A DNA stretch of 60,236 nt, counting the filler, from Malassezia furfur (lineage: Eukaryota): NCBI GenBank assembly GCA_052055015.1. It is 5 parts of 5 records of this genome, joined end to end, with 100 filler letters (N's around TTAATTAATTAA, not from the genome) between each part and the next. Parts side by side here need not be neighbours in the genome. Positions count along the whole stretch, not along the records: positions 48,362 to 60,236 come from JBQJIT010000350.1; 4 more parts are not named here. The stretch is one strand, 5' to 3'. The notes below the pieces were generated by a model. The model worked only from the letters and a program-made list of their open reading frames with translations, had not been told where the DNA came from and did not search any database. A program made the translations under genes and the position numbers. Shown piece by piece: positions 57,981 to 60,236 of the stretch. Each line of letters opens with the position of its first letter. Within the stretch, counting starts at the first letter, position 1.

Positions 57981-60236
57981 ATGGTCTTCCGTGAGCCACC
58001 GATCGAGATGGACACGCTCACGTCGCATGTGCCTGAGGACGCGGTGCGCGACAAGCCGCCGAGTCCGACGTTCGTCACGACGGAGTTGGGTGTGTCGCCC
58101 AAGTCTGTGGCGCTCATGCGGAGCGGCATGGAGCGTTCGGGGTGGACGCTGTGGATGCTCACTGTGTGTGCCGGCCTGTCCGGCTCGCTGTTTGGTTACG
58201 ATACGGGCTACATGTGCGTGTGTGCTTGGCTGACGCAGCTCGTCCGTGCTTGTCAGCGTCGGCTCCGACCTCGGCCACCCGCTGACCGACTGGCAGAAGG
58301 AGATGGCGACGTCCTCGACGTCGCTCGGCGCGCTCATCGGCGCGCTGTTCGCGGGCTTCCCCTCGGACTGGTTTGGGCGCAAGGTAGTGATTGCGATCGC
58401 CAACGTTGTGTTTATTGTCGGCGCCGTCGTGCAGGCGGCCGCGCACAACATCGGGACGCTGATCGCCGGGCGCTTCGTTGTGGGCATCGGCGTGGGTGTC
58501 GCGAGTATGATTGTGCCCGTGTGGATCGGCGAGCTGGCGCCGACACACCTGCGTGGGCGCCTGGTGACGCTCAACGTGGCGTTCTTGACGCTCGGCCAGG
58601 TGATCGCGAACGGCGTCGGCGCCGGGTTCGTCGACGTGCACGGCGGCTGGCGGTACACGGTGGCCGGCGGCGCCGTCCCCGCGATTGTGTCGCTGATCAG
58701 CATGTCGTGGCTGCCCGAGTCGCCGCGGTTTGACGGGCGCAAGGGGCGCGTCGACAAGGTCGCGCGCACCTTCCGGCGCATCTTCCCCGACGCGAGCGAA
58801 GAGTACTGCCGCATGCGCGCCGAGGAGGTGTGCCGCAGCGTGCAAGAGGGCCCCGCGGACGGCAACGGTGTGCACCAGCACTCGCTGCGCACGCGGCTGC
58901 GCCTGCTGCTCACGGGACCGAACGCGCGTGCGCTGGCGATTGCCGCGGGGCTGCAGGCGCTGCAGCAGCTGTCCGGCTTCAACACGCTGATGTACTACAG
59001 CGCGACCATCTTTGAGAGCGTCGGGCTCAAGAGCCCGGTGGCCGTGTCGATGGTGGTGAGTGTGACCAACTTCCTCGGCACGCTCATTGCGTTCTGGTTC
59101 ATCGACATTGTCGGCCGGCGGCGCGCGATCATCTACACGGTGCCGATGATGAGCGCTGCGCTGGTGTTCTCGAGCATCTGCTTCTACTACGTGGTGCCCG
59201 GCACGCCGTCCAAGATCACGCCCGACATGCCGATCAACCACGTGTGGGCCGACCTGCTGATCGTGTCGTTCATCTTCTACGTGTTCTTCTATGCGCTGGG
59301 CCTCGGCAACGTGCCGTGGCAGCAGGGCGAGCTGTTCTCGATCGAGACGCGCGCGATCGCGACGAGCATCGCGACGGCGACCAACTGGGGGTGCAATCTG
59401 ATGATCAACGCGACCTACCTGTCGCTCAGCAACGCCATCACGCCGTCGGGCGCGTTTGGCTTCTACGCGGGGCTGTGTGCGCTCGGCGCGGTGCTGTGCA
59501 TCTTCGGCTTCCCCGACACGCGCCAGCTGTCGCTCGAGGAGGTGCACTACATCTTCCGGCACTCGTGGGGCATCCGCGAGGCCGACCGCCTGCGTGCCGA
59601 AAAGGCCGAGATCGCCGAGCGCGCGCGCGCGCGCGACCTCGACGCGGACGACACGCAGTCTGCGCTCGCCCTGTTCACGAGCGGCGCGCCGCGGCGGTGG
59701 CAGTCGGACGGGCACGCGACGCCGCGCCCGGCGGACCTGGACAAGGACGACGACGTGCGCATCGAGACGCGCTCCGTGCTCGAGACGCCCGACGCCAAGA
59801 TGCGCGTCGACCCGCTCGAGGCGTGGAGCGACGACGCGCCGCGCGCCTCGACGTCGACGTCGCGCATGAGCGGCAGCACGCCGGCGGCCATGCCGCTCCA
59901 GGTCCCGCCGAGCGCGCAGGAGGCGCCTGCGACGTCGCCGCCGCCCATCGAGCCGATGCGCCGCTCCATGTCGCTGCCGTACGGCGTGTCGCACGCCTCG
60001 TTCGAGGGCATCCGCCCGCCGCCCGTCGAGCTCGACGCGAGCACCAACCCACTGTCGCGCGCGGGTATCCGCGGGAGCTCGCTGATGCTGTTTGTGACGT
60101 GCTTTGCGAGTCTCGGCGTGTTCTTGTTCGGCTACGACCAGGGCGTGATGAGCGGCATTCTGACGCACCCCGCGTTCCTCGCCTACTTTGCGCACCCCAC
60201 CGCGTCGCAGATCGGCACCATGGTCGCGATCCTCGA
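57981..60236 (+). CDS. MFS sugar porter: complete ITR-like transporter fused in frame to the N-terminus of a second sugar porter; intron 58214-58238; runs off the window
   Basis: LFGYDTGYISSVL, DWFGRK, GELAP..LRGRL, PESPR, QQLSGFNTLMYY, GNVPWQQGELF, PDTRQLSLEEV, then no stop and SLGVFLFGYDQGVMSGIL...IGTMVAIL. Confidence 0.88.

Overview
GC-rich, very compact fungal genomic DNA from a basidiomycete yeast; gene density, intron style and gene content point to Malassezia (inference). The window is not contiguous. Five ~12-kb contigs (1-12032, 12133-24160, 24261-36216, 36317-48261, 48362-60236) are joined by artificial 100-nt spacers (N44-TTAATTAATTAA-N44), so gene neighbourhood across spacers is meaningless. 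About 35 protein-coding genes or fragments can be reconstructed, mostly housekeeping, many split by introns of only 21-27 nt. Highlights: (1) one uninterrupted reading frame joins a complete myo-inositol-transporter-like MFS protein to the start of a second sugar porter; (2) an snR13/U15-type box C/D snoRNA sits in the only long intron (RRB1); (3) miniature introns, including a GC-AG intron, stop-free in-frame introns and one that splits the PUP3 start codon; (4) a CACGTG element 16-49 nt upstream of 12 start codons; (5) extreme gene packing, including overlapping convergent stop codons. No tRNA, rRNA, CRISPR array or mobile element was recognised. Gene calls rest on motif recognition, not database searches.
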